A stretch of DNA of 63,582 nt, the filler included, from Octopus bimaculoides (lineage: Eukaryota): NCBI RefSeq assembly GCF_001194135.2. It is 5 parts of 5 records of this genome, joined end to end, with 100 filler letters (N's around TTAATTAATTAA, not from the genome) between each part and the next. Parts side by side here need not be neighbours in the genome. Positions count along the whole stretch, not along the records: positions 30,239 to 52,018 come from NC_068989.1; 4 more parts are not named here. One strand, given 5' to 3'. The notes beneath the pieces are model-generated. The model searched no databases. It was not told where the DNA came from and saw nothing but the letters and a program-made list of their open reading frames with translations. The position numbers and the translations under genes were made by a program. Positions 37,941-50,514 of this stretch are shown here, in pieces. Within the stretch, counting starts at the first letter, position 1. The number at the start of each line of letters is the position of its first letter.

Positions 37941-38736
37941 NNNNNNNNNNNNNNNNNNNNNNNNNNNNNNNNNNNNNNNNNNNNNNNNNNNNNNNNNNNN
38001 NNNNNNNNNNNNNNNNNNNNNNNNNNNNNNNNNNNNNNNNNNNNNNNNNNNNNNNNNNNNNNNNNNNNNNNNNNNNNNNNNNNNNNNNNNNNNNNNNNNN
38101 NNNNNNNNNNNNNNNNNNNNNNNNNNNNNNNNNNNNNNNNNNNNNNNNNNNNNNNNNNNNNNNNNNNNNNNNNNNNNNNNNNNNNNNNNNNNNNNNNNNN
38201 NNNNNNNNNNNNNNNNNNNNNNNNNNNNNNNNNNNNNNNNNNNNNNNNNNNNNNNNNNNNNNNNNNNNNNNNNNNNNNNNNNNNNNNNNNNNNNNNNNNN
38301 NNNNNNNNNNNNNNNNNNNNNNNNNNNNNNNNNNNNNNNNNNNNNNNNNNNNNNNNNNNNNNNNNNNNNNNNNNNNNNNNNNACACACACACACACATAT
38401 ATATTTGGCCGTGCGGCTTTTTAATGTTGTTTTAACTCTCCATTTTTTCCTGTCTTGGTCTGTGATTGCTACCTTGAAATCCTCTGTTTATTGGGTCGAT
38501 CCACTACTCAGGAAGAGACTATTCTAGAGTACGTTCTGCCTTATCTTCGAAACGTCTAGTTAGAATAGAGGCAGCTGACGAATGAATAATTCCAAGTGGC
38601 CATCTGTTTTCCAATGTCTTCGTTCCGTTGTCTGTAGTTCATTTTTCTAACGTCCTGTACTCTGATATGCATCTATATACACGTGTAGATGTAAGTATGT
38701 ACATATATGTGTGTATACTTGCATACATATTCTTTT

Positions 38737-38777
<41 letters not shown>

Positions 38778-38947
38778 AATATTTCAATAATTATATACAT
38801 AATCATAACAAGGGATTGGCTATAAGCCTATCCACGTGCTAGAAAAATAGACGCCAATAGACACTATTACTACCTCAAAAACTCCGAAAAATAAAACACG
38901 AGCTGTAGTCGGGCAAAAGAAACATAATGAATTAAACTTTAAGTTAC

Positions 38948-39014
38948 CCGTGTACAAGATCTTGTTTCGAGCTTAAAGTAGAAAATATTTACATACTGCT
39001 CTCATCAGCAACGA
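38948..39014 (-). ncRNA. Type I hammerhead fold, canonical CUGAUGA core, GUA site
   Basis: Minus: UCGUUG-CUGAUGA-GAGC(25 nt)GCUC-GAAA-CAAG(AU)CUUG-UA^CACGG. Stem III region ACAAGAUCUUGU is a perfect palindrome. Confidence 0.65.
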
Positions 39015-39234
39015 CATTCCATAGTATAAATTGACGAGTATTTACACATACGTGTACGAGCAGCGACTTCATACAGCAATATATATACACACTCTTAGAA
39101 ATATACAGTAATGTAGAACTCTCATCTCTCTTTTACAACCACGTGTAGTATATCAAAACATACTCTGCAGTGAATGCAGTTTTGATCAAGGAGTAAATTT
39201 GTACGAAGTCGCTGCTTGTATACGTATGTGTAGA

Positions 39235-39302
39235 TCGTTGCTGATGAGAGCAGTAAGTAATTTTTTTTTAACTTTAGGTTTGAAACAGGATCTTGTAAAC
39301 GG
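39235..39302 (+). ncRNA. Second-arm hammerhead fold, canonical core, stems kept by G-U pairs
   Basis: UCGUUG-CUGAUGA-GAGC...GUUU-GAAA-CAGG(AU)CUUG-UA^AACGG. Confidence 0.55.
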
Positions 39303-40721
39303 CTAACCAAACGTTTAATTCATTATCCTGCTTTTGCCCGACTACAGCCTGTGTTTCATTTTTCGGAGTTTTTGAGGTGGTACTAGCGTCTTTTGGTGTC
39401 TATTTGTCTAGCGCATGGAGAAGCTTATAGACAATCCTTTGTTATATTTATGTATATAATTACTAAAATACTTGTAAAATTTACCTATAAGGTTTTTATT
39501 TCCGCGCTGAGCCCCTGGCAAAATCATTAATGATTTTTACCCTTTATTATGATTATAATTGTGTTTTCTCGTGCACAGCATGTAATCTATTGATATTGGG
39601 GTATGTAAACTATCTTCAAATTCCATCCTGAAGGTAGACCTATTTTTTTTTAATATTCATTGGATTGCTAGCGTAAGATTGGTGGCTTTTGAAGCATTCG
39701 CTTTCATATTTAGCAAGCGGTATTTTTACCCTTCTTTTATTCAAATATTTCATATTATACCTATTAAGGTAGAATTCTTGCTAACCACCTCATTATTACT
39801 GATTTTAACAGTAATATTGCTTTTATACAGTTGCTTTTTTATTGTTTACAATAGTTTTCTCTTTAAAGGGAGCGGGACGTTTAAGGTTAGAAACTCACAC
39901 GAGTTGACGTAATGAATATTTTAGAAACAGATGTTACTATCTCCAACTGAAGATTGTAAAGCATGTTTTCTCATGCACAGCATGAAATCAATTGATATTG
40001 TGGTATGTATAATATCTGCAAATTCCANNNNNNNNNNNNNNNNNNNNNNNNNNNNNNNNNNNNNNNNNNNNNNNNNNNNNNNNNNNNNNNNNNNNNNNNN
40101 NNNNNNNNNNNNNNNNNNNNNNNNNNNNNNNNNNNNNNNNNNNNNNNNNNNNNNNNNNNNNNNNNNNNNNNNNNNNNNNNNNNNNNNNNNNNNNNNNNNN
40201 NNNNNNNNNNNNNNNNNNNNNNNNNNNNNNNNNNNNNNNNNNNNNNNNNNNNNNNNNNNNNNNNNNNNNNNNNNNNNNNNNNNNNNNNNNNNNNNNNNNN
40301 NNNNNNNNNNNNNNNNNNNNNNNNNNNNNNNNNNNNNNNNNNNNNNNNNNNNNNNNNNNNNNNNNNNNNNNNNNNNNNNNNNNNNNNNNNNNNNNNNNNN
40401 NNNNNNNNNNNNNNNNNNNNNNNNNNNNNNNNNNNNNNNNNNNNNNNNNNNNNNNNNNNNNNNNNNNNNNNNNNNNNNNNNNNNNNNNNNNNNNNNNNNN
40501 NNNNNNNNNNNNNNNNNNNNNNNNNNNNNNNNNNNNNNNNNNNNNNNNNNNNNNNNNNNNNNNNNNNNNNNNNNNNNNNNNNNNNNNNNNNNNNNNNNNN
40601 NNNNNNNNNNNNNNNNNNNNNNNNNNNNNNNNNNNNNNNNNNNNNNNNNNNNNNNNNNNATATATATATATATGTATATATATAGAGACACACATGTATA
40701 TAAACACACACACACACACTC

Positions 40722-40767
<46 letters not shown>

Positions 40768-40768
40768 A

Positions 40769-40813
40769 TCATCAGCCATTTTGAATTTGAATCAAATTCA
40801 AAATGGCTGATGA
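40769..40813. repeat. Perfect palindrome, 22-bp arms with 1-nt centre
   Basis: TCATCAGCCATTTTGAATTTGA-A-TCAAATTCAAAATGGCTGATGA. Confidence 0.95.
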
Positions 40814-42454
40814 CTAGCATCACGCTTGAAACTCAGAGTGACCAACAAATTTGCATTTACTGTCGTAACCCTCGAAGGAATAAAGGGAGGAGTAAAGGGA
40901 TGGTCAGGATGGAAATATATTTTTAGAGAAAAGAGATATATACCAAACAATACTTAGAAATTAACGAGCTAGAAAGGCTATGACACACGTTGCAGTAAAG
41001 TCTATAATAGAATATCTAAAATAATAGACAAGAATAAGTGCATATAACTTTTCTTGTTATAAATTATAATCATAATATTCTCAACTTGATACTAAGTTAA
41101 TTATCAAGTTTAGACTGGAAAACCAGAAGAATAATAACTCAATTTATAATTTCACCCCACCATAATTCATGACACAGAATAATTGTATTTTCTACAATAT
41201 AGAAAGTTAGGTACTTTCTGCAATTAGAATATTATTATATAATATCTCTTATAGAACTAAAAAAATATCTAGTAAATCATAAATACAAGCGATGACTTGT
41301 ATATTTATTCTTATATATTCCAACAGATTCGAATACTAATATTCCAGTCACTTCTGTATTTCATCATTGGAGACGAACTCCTTTGAGGCCACTGTATGTT
41401 CATAACTCACTCGATTCATTAGCATGAATTCTTCGGCTGAATTTGAACTCAGAATGTAAAGACGGACGAAACCCCGCAAAGGCTTTTTCTGGACGTACTA
41501 AGGGGATAGTATAATAATACCAACGTAAATATAACAATAAATGTAATGATGCGTTCTAAATGTAGTAAGAAATATAATTCAACTACACATTCTCACCTTG
41601 TCTAAATTTAACAGCAGGCACAATAACTTCATAACTATGGACACTGGAAATGATAATTAAATATAAGTAGCGCAAGCGTATGCCAAAGAAATGTTCCAAA
41701 ATCGACGATGAGACAATATTATGTATATACTGATAGAAGGCTAAAGGCTAAACCATTCAGATAGGATAATACGGACAAATATATCCAGTAATAAAGTTGA
41801 GTTGTCTGGGGAAATTGATAAAATATTTCGATTAAACCTGCAGTGTATTTGAAAGACACAGAGAAAGTGTATTTGACATATCTTGAATGTAAGGATCTAA
41901 AAACCAGGTGAAATTCAATAAGAATAAGCGCATTAGGACTAATAAAATTATAAGGATTCCTGAAATAGACATAATACAAAGATTAAACTGTATATGTAAA
42001 GTACATAATAGCATTCCACTGATAGGTACAGAATGCAGTACTTCAAATATACATATAGACAATACAAAATATGCTTTAACACAGTTATATATAGTCTACA
42101 GGAAATATTGGTGATACAGAGAATAGAGAAGATATTGAGGATTATACTGGTTTAACTATCCATCATTATATGGTTATGTAGACAAAGGATAAAACTAGTA
42201 AGCACTTGAGAAAACATAAAGGAACATGGTTGTGATGTAATATAAATATACACTATTATTTGTATTATCGAGCGACATCTGTATGAAAATCAATCAAAAG
42301 AAATATAATTTCAAATTTGAGTATTTTTATCCTTTTATTGCTTTCAGCTATTGGACGGTGTACATGCTGCTGCATGACATTCGAAGATTTCAGCTGATTA
42401 TATCGAGATGATTACTAAAAAACACTAATACATCTCATATTACATGATATGCTT

Positions 42455-42670
42455 AAGGCAGCAAGCTGGTAGAATCGTTAGCATGTCGGGCAATAATGCT
42501 TAGCGGCATTACATCCGTCCTCACGTTCTGAATTCAAATTCCGACGAAGTTGACTTTGCCTGTCGTCCTTTCGAACTTGAGAAAATAAGCACCAGTTGAG
42601 TACTAAGATTGACAAAATCTTATTCCATACTCCGAACTTGCTGGCCTTGGGCTACAATTTGAAATCAGTA
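42455..42670 (+). mobile_element. SINE family B
   Basis: AAGGCAGCAAGCTGGTAGAATCGTTAGC...GTTCTGAATTCAAATTCC...GACTTTGCC...GCTGGCCTTGGGCTACAATTTGAAATC. Confidence 0.85.
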
Positions 42671-43964
42671 TTACATAATATACCCTTATATCACATGAGG
42701 ATCATGGCATAACTTCATATCCACTTACTTGCAGCAATTATGATTAAAGAAAGTGAAAGCTGAACATGTTTCTATTATAAAATAAAACATAAGTTGAACC
42801 TCTACACAGTCTCTCGGCCATCATGCAAGGACAACCAGACCTCAAAAGATTTCATCCTACTATCTTAAAGCACGAAAAGCACGTTGGATGAGGATGTGCT
42901 CTTTGATATTCTATGTCTGAATGAATGACGTGTTTGTCACGGTTGGAATGTCTTTTATCACATGTCTGCCCTATCAGAGTTGGCATACGGGAAAAACAAT
43001 GCAACAGTACATACGTGTGTTTTACGTAGCTAATATAACACTCCGAAAATAATAAATTATTCCTTTCAATTTCTTCTTGATGTAGATATTATCAACGTTT
43101 TAACGGAAAATGTTTAGGAATATCTATTTTAATACCAACTGTCTGAGAATTAATGATATTTTCAAAAGCCTACCATAAAAAATTTTAACCAACGCTTAAA
43201 AGTCCTTGAAAGCTACGATGACGGAAAAAAAAAGAAAAAACAAAAGGCTGATATTTTTTCATAATGAATATATATTTTTTCATTTAGAACATGCTGCGAT
43301 TTAAATTCCACTATAAATAATTTGAAAACTGAAGAAGGTATTAAGTGGCGAGAATTGAAATTGAAGAGCTCATGTTTCATACCGAAGTCAAGATGAAACC
43401 ACTGATTTCTACTTGAACTGTTTCTGCTTATGTTACACTATTTTGTCGACACTTCGCCATTTTTCAAGAGTAATTAGAAATACCTAAACGATGATAGTAT
43501 TTTAACAAACAACTTCTCTGCTTCGACTCGGAGAGACTGGATGCGTTAATTGCTTAATTGACAATTCTTCTCTCAGAAATTATGGTAAAGAATAGCGTTT
43601 CTAATTAAAGAGAAAAAGCGAAAAAGAAATGAAAGAGACATAGATCAGTAAACGATGAACTTCTGTTTTTTTTTTTGTTTTTTTTCATTAGCTTTGAAAT
43701 AAAGGATTTACATGGTGAGAGATAACCATTAAATTGCTAAAAGATAATGAAAAAGAAATTTAAAATTTATGTATAATGATACGTTGCAAAATATGGATTT
43801 CTTCGATAGTTCGAATAAATTGTTCTGATTGCTAGCTATAAATAACTCCTCAGAGTGGAGGGGAAAAAATGTTAACGCAAATTGAAGTATGCGTCATGTC
43901 ATCAATATGGTAAGATTAGTACATGAGAAGAAAACACACCAACGTATTCATAGATAGATAGATA

Positions 43965-43999
<35 letters not shown>

Positions 44000-44228
44000 C
44001 ATAAGCTAACTGGCAAGCACAAGTAGATAAGATCTGACAGCGTGTACCTCCTTTTTGCTACTTGTTTTACATGCCTATACAGTCGCAATCAGTCATAGAT
44101 ACATACTGGTTCTCTTTCTCTCTGCTATTCTACACTTGGCCCAACGGAACATTGGGGAAGTGACAGCTGGAGGATAGACGATTTTCAGCTGATACACCAG
44201 TATACACGTATATGAATATACAAGTATA

Positions 44229-44261
<33 letters not shown>

Positions 44262-44282
44262 TCAATCACTATTTTGATGCTT

Positions 44283-44505
44283 TTAAGGCGGTGAGCTGGC
44301 AGAATCATTTGCACGTGTGGCCAAATGCTTAGTGGCGCTCCGTCCGTCTTTGCGTTCTGAGTTTAAATTCCGCGGAGGTCGACCTTGCCTTTTATCCTTT
44401 TGGGATCGATAAAATAAGCATCTGTTGAGAACTGCGATCGATGTAATCGACTTATCCCCTCCCTGCAAACTTGCTGGCCTTGTGCCAAAATTTGAAACAA
44501 ATATT
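44283..44505 (+). mobile_element. SINE family B, well conserved
   Basis: AAGGCGGTGAGCTGGCAGAATC...GGTCGACCTTGCCTTTTATCCTTTTGGGATCGATAAAATAAG...GGCCTTGTGCCAAAATTTGAAAC. Confidence 0.9.
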
Positions 44506-44519
44506 TTGATGTATTGATA

Positions 44520-44830
44520 TGTATATGCTCAATAACAGAGGTATTGTTTATATTTGCCCCAAGGCAGTCTTGTATGTGGTGACCATTGTATATTGTTATA
44601 GCAATGACATCATGTCGCAATGGGAGACAGTATCTCAATGATATTATCGGGCAGATGCTGGTCTCATGCGTTGTCTTTACAGAAGAGTGGCATAATCGCC
44701 ATTTGCGATTGCACCTTTGAAGCTTAAGGGTTCCACTGTTCCGTTTGTTCATTGGATATTTTGTATCTATCTTTATATGCAGTGTTCTGGAGTTTGCATG
44801 AAATAGTGAGGTTGTTAAGTGAATAGGATA
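44520..44830 (-). mobile_element. R4/Dong-like (REL-class) LINE remnant, CCHC-to-RHD region
   Basis: Minus ORF contains IDTKYPMNKRN...KWRLCHSSVKTTHETSICP...YCLPLRHDVIAITIYN, similar to the (K)CRLC...E...HI.S.CP.....Y..RHD motif. Confidence 0.65.
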
Positions 44831-45508
44831 AGTTAAATATATGGTTCGAAGATAAATAGAAAGGACATGAATTCGAACACTAAAGACAAAATGAAAATAA
44901 CAAAAATGAGAAACAGATGTCAATAGGGAAAAGAGACCTGTTAATTTATTAATTATATAGATTTAGTTTAAATCCGTTTAATATAGTACTCAGAGCTGTA
45001 GGTATCATAATAGGTATTACGCTTATTAATTGTAAACAGAAAAATAATAGAATAGGAGATTATTAAATGTGACAAAGATAATTTTGGACATGATTAGCTT
45101 TATAGAATAGTGTAAAAGTGAAGCGGACTATAATCTTTGTTATAAAAACAATGGCATGCAATGGAAGAAATAAAATAGTGGTGAAGTCATACAACTATGA
45201 AATGGAAGTTATCTGAATTTATGGGACTCTATCTGGCGTAATTCTTTTCAAAACACGAATGTCATTCATTTAGTGAGAAAATTGTCTAGTGATCTAAATT
45301 TCAGCAATTTTTAATGAATTTAGATAGTTTTAAATAGCTTATAATTATTTAGAATCTGACTTAAAGGTGTCAGTGAGATATTTTAGAATCTTAAGTTACT
45401 ATATGGACGGTCACAAGGACGAAGGTATTTAAAAATAGTTATATGAAGAGGTTCTAAATGGAATAGAATTGAAGTTACGATCAAACTATTTTACACAGAG
45501 ACTGGAAT

Positions 45509-45670
45509 AGGTGCAGCTACGAGGTAAGAAACTTACTTCCCAACTACATGGTCCCTGGTTCAGTCCCACTGAGTGGCACCTTTGGCAAGTATCTTCTACT
45601 ATAGCTACGGGTCGACCAAAGCCTCGTGAGTGGATTTGGTAGAGGGAAACTGAAAGAAGCCCGTTGTGTG

Positions 45671-45728
<58 letters not shown>

Positions 45729-45859
45729 CTTGTCCCTTACCACTGCTAGACAACCGGTGCTGGTGTGTTTACGTCTCTGTAACTTAGCGCCAGAGTAAGT
45801 ACCAGGCTTACAAAATAACTACTGGGGTTGATTCATTCGACTAAAAATTCTCCAAGGCT
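45509..45859 (+). mobile_element. SINE family A, truncated in the tail
   Basis: Head, (TG)n and second half present. Ends at AAGGCT, where the long-TIR element starts. Confidence 0.85.
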
Positions 45860-45863
45860 TATT

Positions 45864-46730
45864 CTGAATGTTTTTGACAAAATTTCGTATTTTAGAAGTT
45901 GTTTCTTGTTGAAGTTGTCTTATTTGGGTAATTTCAACCAATCAACGACGTGTATTCGGTTAAAGAAAGCTACTGCTGTTTGCGATAGTAATCGAAGAGG
46001 AACAACTTATGGGTCATCTCTACTAAATGTTACCACTCTATTCCAAGAATCAACACCATCGAAGAATCAACACCAAGAAGGAAGAAATATCATTTACATA
46101 CATTTATTCGTTTGCCCGACATCAGTGTTTTATCCACACATAAAGCGCGCCGGTGTTTAAAAGACCTATAGAGCAACGGGTCCGCAGCTAGCTTTTTTTT
46201 GTTGTTGTTGACGTATATGTAGTTTCAAAATGCCTTATTTTACAATATGAGATGTATTGTTATTGTCATGATGTTATCTTACTATAATCAACAACAAACA
46301 CATTTCGTCAATATAAAAATGTTTATTAGATTAAAAATAACATTATCAAAACATGACGGTAAAACAAAATAAATAGCGGCTTATACACCGGAAAATACGA
46401 TAATTGTAGTGGCAGTGACGAGTTCGCTCGCTGGTTGCTACTTGATAATGTAGAAGGGAGGGAAAGAGTAAGGAATGCACGGTGCTGACTAGAAAGGAAG
46501 AAAGGATAAAAGTGGCATCGTCTTCGCTCATCATACGAATAGAACAGAGTGATGCGATTTAGTAGAGATAATTCGAAAGTTGTTCCTCTTCGTTTACTAT
46601 CGCAAATAGCAGTAGCTATCTTCAACCGAATGCACGTAGTTGATTGGTTGAAATTACCCAAATACGACAACTTTAACACGAAATTTAACACGAAATTCTA
46701 AAATACGAAATTTTTGTCAAAAACGTTCAG
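45864..46730. mobile_element. Non-autonomous DNA element with ~180-bp TIRs and apparent TATT TSD
   Basis: CTGAA(T/C)GTTTTTGACAAAA...TTGGGTAATTTCAACCAATCAAC...GAAGAGGAACAACTT on both strands. TATT at 45860-45863 and 46731-46734. Confidence 0.8.
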
Positions 46731-47344
46731 TATTGGAAGTTTCAAACTGTTTGGTTTTAAAATAATTAATTAAAAATCTGTGATTGAGATGGAATAGATC
46801 CTAANNNNNNNNNNNNNNNNNNNNNNNNNNNNNNNNNNNNNNNNNNNNNNNNNNNNNNNNNNNNNNNNNNNNNNNNNNNNNNNNNNNNNNNNNNNNNNNN
46901 NNNNNNNNNNNNNNNNNNNNNNNNNNNNNNNNNNNNNNNNNNNNNNNNNNNNNNNNNNNNNNNNNNNNNNNNNNNNNNNNNNNNNNNNNNNNNNNNNNNN
47001 NNNNNNNNNNNNNNNNNNNNNNNNNNNNNNNNNNNNNNNNNNNNNNNNNNNNNNNNNNNNNNNNNNNNNNNNNNNNNNNNNNNNNNNNNNNNNNNNNNNN
47101 NNNNNNNNNNNNNNNNNNNNNNNNNNNNNNNNNNNNNNNNNNNNNNNNNNNNNNNNNNNNNNNNNNNNNNNNNNNNNNNNNNNNNNNNNNNNNNNNNTAT
47201 ATATATAGTTAATTAAAAAACCATATATCACAAAAGAAGCATACGCGTTTATACACACAAACATATATGTATATAAGCATAAATGTAAATAAACATGCAT
47301 GTTTATACACACAGACACTTATATATACATGTGTGTGTGTGTTA

Positions 47345-47628
47345 GGCATCTGTCTATTTAACTACCAGCTCCTACTCAGACGGCAGATGATGGTTCTGCA
47401 ATTTCTTGCACAACCTGTACAGGTTATTTGTTTATAGTGTTCAGATGTTTGTGCTGCACGTCAGCTCACTGCCTCTGTCAAATCGACATTGCCTGTACAG
47501 AAGCACCGTATGCCAAACATCAGATGAAGTGATTTGCTCAAGAAAACAACGCACCACCCGGTCTCCAAATGGAAACCCTATCCTGTGATCGTGAGTGTAA
47601 CACCTTAACGATTAGACCACGCATTCTC
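47345..47628 (-). mobile_element. tRNA-derived SINE family F with CORE-like segment
   Basis: Minus: GAGAATGCGTGGTCTAATCGTTAAGGTGTTACACTCACGATCAC...GACCGGGTGGTGCGTTGTTTTCTTGAGCAAATCACTTCAT, then a unique 3' part. Confidence 0.7.
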
Positions 47629-48491
47629 ATATAAATATATAGGTAAGTAGTTATGTAAGTACATGGATAGATAGGTAGGTAGGTTGGTGAGGAGGCAGAT
47701 AATTTCGTGAGTAAGTAGGGAGGTAGGCGTCTAAAGATAAGACTTGTATAACCAGTACAATAATTGAAAGGAATGCTATTGACTTTAAAAAAAACTAACA
47801 TTTTTTACGAATCCTGTTCCGATGAGAAGGAAATGATATAATAGGGCCATAATAAGTCTATAAGAGACTTTTGGTGAACGTCAGAGTTGTAGGATAAGTA
47901 AAGGACCAGAGTTCTCTATAAGATATTTCAAAAGCTAAGTTTGAGTCTTTATTTGTTGTCAAACATTAATTAATGGGAGTGTTTTATTTGATCATTTCTA
48001 TTCATTTTCAATAACTCTAATGTTTTCTACTAAATATTAGGACTAACGAAAATCGAGGACATAACAATGTATTGCTTAGAAATTAGGAATGTGCTTCTAT
48101 TCACCCTCTCCCTTTGGCAAGTGATTTGTTTGAATGGGGGAAGAAGGTGACCAAGCCAAATAAATGGGTAAAGGAAGAAAAAGATTGGTATTTCCAAGAA
48201 AAGAACCCATCGTGAATGAAATTGGTGAAAAGGTTCGAACATAATGAAAATTGTGTGGTGTCAGTGGCAACCTATTCGCTGACGATATCTAGACGTATAT
48301 GTGGATTTAAATGTGACGATACCCGACGAAGACCAATATATCAACCAAGTATGGTTGTCTGTGAAATACCTAAAACTATTTGTGCATCCTACAGTTGTCC
48401 ATGCAGTTCGAACATTTTGACAATTTTAAGAATTGTGTGTGTGTGCGTGCGTGTATGTGTGCGGGTATATATACATATGTATATATATCTT

Positions 48492-48535
<44 letters not shown>

Positions 48536-48578
48536 CGCGTGTGTATGTATATATACATATATATGTGTATGCATGTAT

Positions 48579-48582
<4 letters not shown>

Positions 48583-48660
<78 letters not shown>
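48583..48660. repeat. (TA)n microsatellite
   Basis: Direct reading. Confidence 0.95.
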
Positions 48661-48663
<3 letters not shown>

Positions 48664-49555
48664 GTATGTATGTATGTATGTTACCAATTTATATATATAT
48701 ATATATATATATTATTTAAAGCAATTTGATTCGGTTCCGTGCTACTTCAAGTTTCACAGGCCCCTATTTGAATTTATTCCTACGTATTCATCGTTCGGGT
48801 ATACCAGCAGATGGATTTTGTACTATTTTATATATAGTCATGGACAAGCTAAGCTATTTGCCTCCGGTTCGGTTCAGATATGTGATGTTGATAAGCCACA
48901 AAAATGACGAAACCTCGATCTCCATTGCCCTTGAATGGGACTTAAGACGAGATGTCACGCCTGTCTATGACTCTGGCGCTCAGATGATTTATCACGCGGT
49001 GCTTTGAGATGGTTCTTACAGCTTTTGTTGTCAGAAATGCTTAGCGGTATTTCGTCCATCTTTACATTGTGAGTTCAAATTTCGCCGTGGTCCACTTTGC
49101 CTCTCCTTCTTTCGGTGTTGATAAAATAAGTATCAATTGAGTACTGGGGTTGATGTAATCAACTTACTCACTCCCACCAAGGCTTGCTAGCCTTGTGCCA
49201 AAATTTGGAACCAATATTTGAAGTGGGGCTGTGTTTGAAAATATAAGTAAAACTTAAAAAGAAAGTATAATTAGGTAGGACAGTTGAATAGTTGAATCGC
49301 TAAAGCTTTAGTAAATGATGCTTTGCTGTATTTGTTCCGGCTTTTTAGATTTGGAGTTGAAATCATAGCGAGATCAACCTAATCTTTCATCAATAAAATA
49401 AAGTACCAGTCGAGTACTAAGGTCGAATTAATCTATTGCTCTTTTCCTCAAATTTCTGGCATTTTTCTGGGTACAAACGATGACTTAGAAATAATATTGA
49501 TTGGAAAAGAATAATTAATTAGAATATTATAACACTATACGCTTGTGAGAGTTAT

Positions 49556-49592
<37 letters not shown>

Positions 49593-49786
49593 GGTATAGA
49601 AATAGAACAACAACTTCGTTTGCTGTTTCAAGCAGATAATGTTGTTAGTTCGTTTCTACACATGTTATATGCAAACGGTTGGAAGTTGAGACATAATACT
49701 AACAATTTAAATTGATATATAATTATAAATAAATACACTTACCCACTCACACACACACACACACACACGCACACACACATATACGT

Positions 49787-50022
49787 GGAGGCGCGTGGCT
49801 TAGTGGTTAGGATGTCAGCACCATGATCGTAAGATTGTGGTTTCGATTCCTGAACCCGGCGATGCATTGTGTTCTTGAGCAAAACACTTCATTTCACGAT
49901 GCTCTAGTCCACTCAACTGGCAAAAGTGAGTAACGCTGCGATGGACTGGCGTCCCGTCCAGTTGGGGAACACATACGCCATTGAAACCGGGAAACCGGGC
50001 CCATGAGCCTGGCTAGGCTTTA
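49787..50022 (+). mobile_element. tRNA-derived SINE with CORE-like and V-domain-like segments
   Basis: A-box TGGCTTAGTGG, B-box-like GTTTCGATTCC, GTGTTCTTGAGCAAAACAC, then CTGCGATGGACTGGCGTCCCGTCCAG resembling the V-SINE domain. Runs into a gap. Confidence 0.8.
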
Positions 50023-50358
50023 NNNNNNNNNNNNNNNNNNNNNNNNNNNNNNNNNNNNNNNNNNNNNNNNNNNNNNNNNNNNNNNNNNNNNNNNNNNNNN
50101 NNNNNNNNNNNNNNNNNNNNNNNNNNNNNNNNNNNNNNNNNNNNNNNNNNNNNNNNNNNNNNNNNNNNNNNNNNNNNNNNNNNNNNNNNNNNNNNNNNNN
50201 NNNNNNNNNNNNNNNNNNNNNNNNNNNNNNNNNNNNNNNNNNNNNNNNNNNNNNNNNNNNNNNNNNNNNNNNNNNNNNNNNNNNNNNNNNNNNNNNNNNN
50301 NNNNNNNNNNNNNNNNNNNNNNNNNNNNNNNNNNNNNATATATATATATATATATATA

Positions 50359-50470
50359 CAGGGTGGGCTAAAAGTCACACATAAAATAAGTTCAATACGC
50401 TCCGAAATTGTCAAAGATATGCTTCGATATTTCTAAAACTGAATAATATAGATAGAATATTGATGAATAC
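50359..50470 (+). mobile_element. Tc1/mariner-type terminal fragment
   Basis: TA|CAGGGTGGGCTAAAAGTCAC next to a TA array. Confidence 0.45.
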
Positions 50471-50514
50471 GTGTACATGATGAACAAAATGAATAATAAT
50501 AATATTAATAATGA

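Larger units (their letters stand above)
38780..39470. mobile_element. Fold-back element (~270-295-bp inverted arms, ~125-bp spacer) with a hammerhead fold in each arm
   Basis: Arms align from TATTT.A.TAATTATATACAT through CTCAAAAACTCCGAAAAAT, GCTGTAGTCGGGCAAAAG and ACTGCTCTCATCAGCAACGA to GCAGCGACTTC.TAC. Confidence 0.85.

Noticed and set aside
38500-38575. GAAACGTC-TAGT motif resembling a Penelope HHR end
   Set aside because: The core would need a 3-nt insertion and stem II does not form.
39921-40926. Long ORFs of 200-331 aa here and at 24647-25365, 37817-38527, 56679-57542 and similar
   Set aside because: They are open only because they run through N gaps and dinucleotide arrays.
41700-42250. 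A-rich tract resembling decayed LINE coding sequence
   Set aside because: No APE or RT motif could be read.
48881-48926. HHR-like TTGATAA-GCCA...TGAC-GAAAC-CTCGATC
   Set aside because: Stem II mismatched, stem III broken, no convincing stem I.
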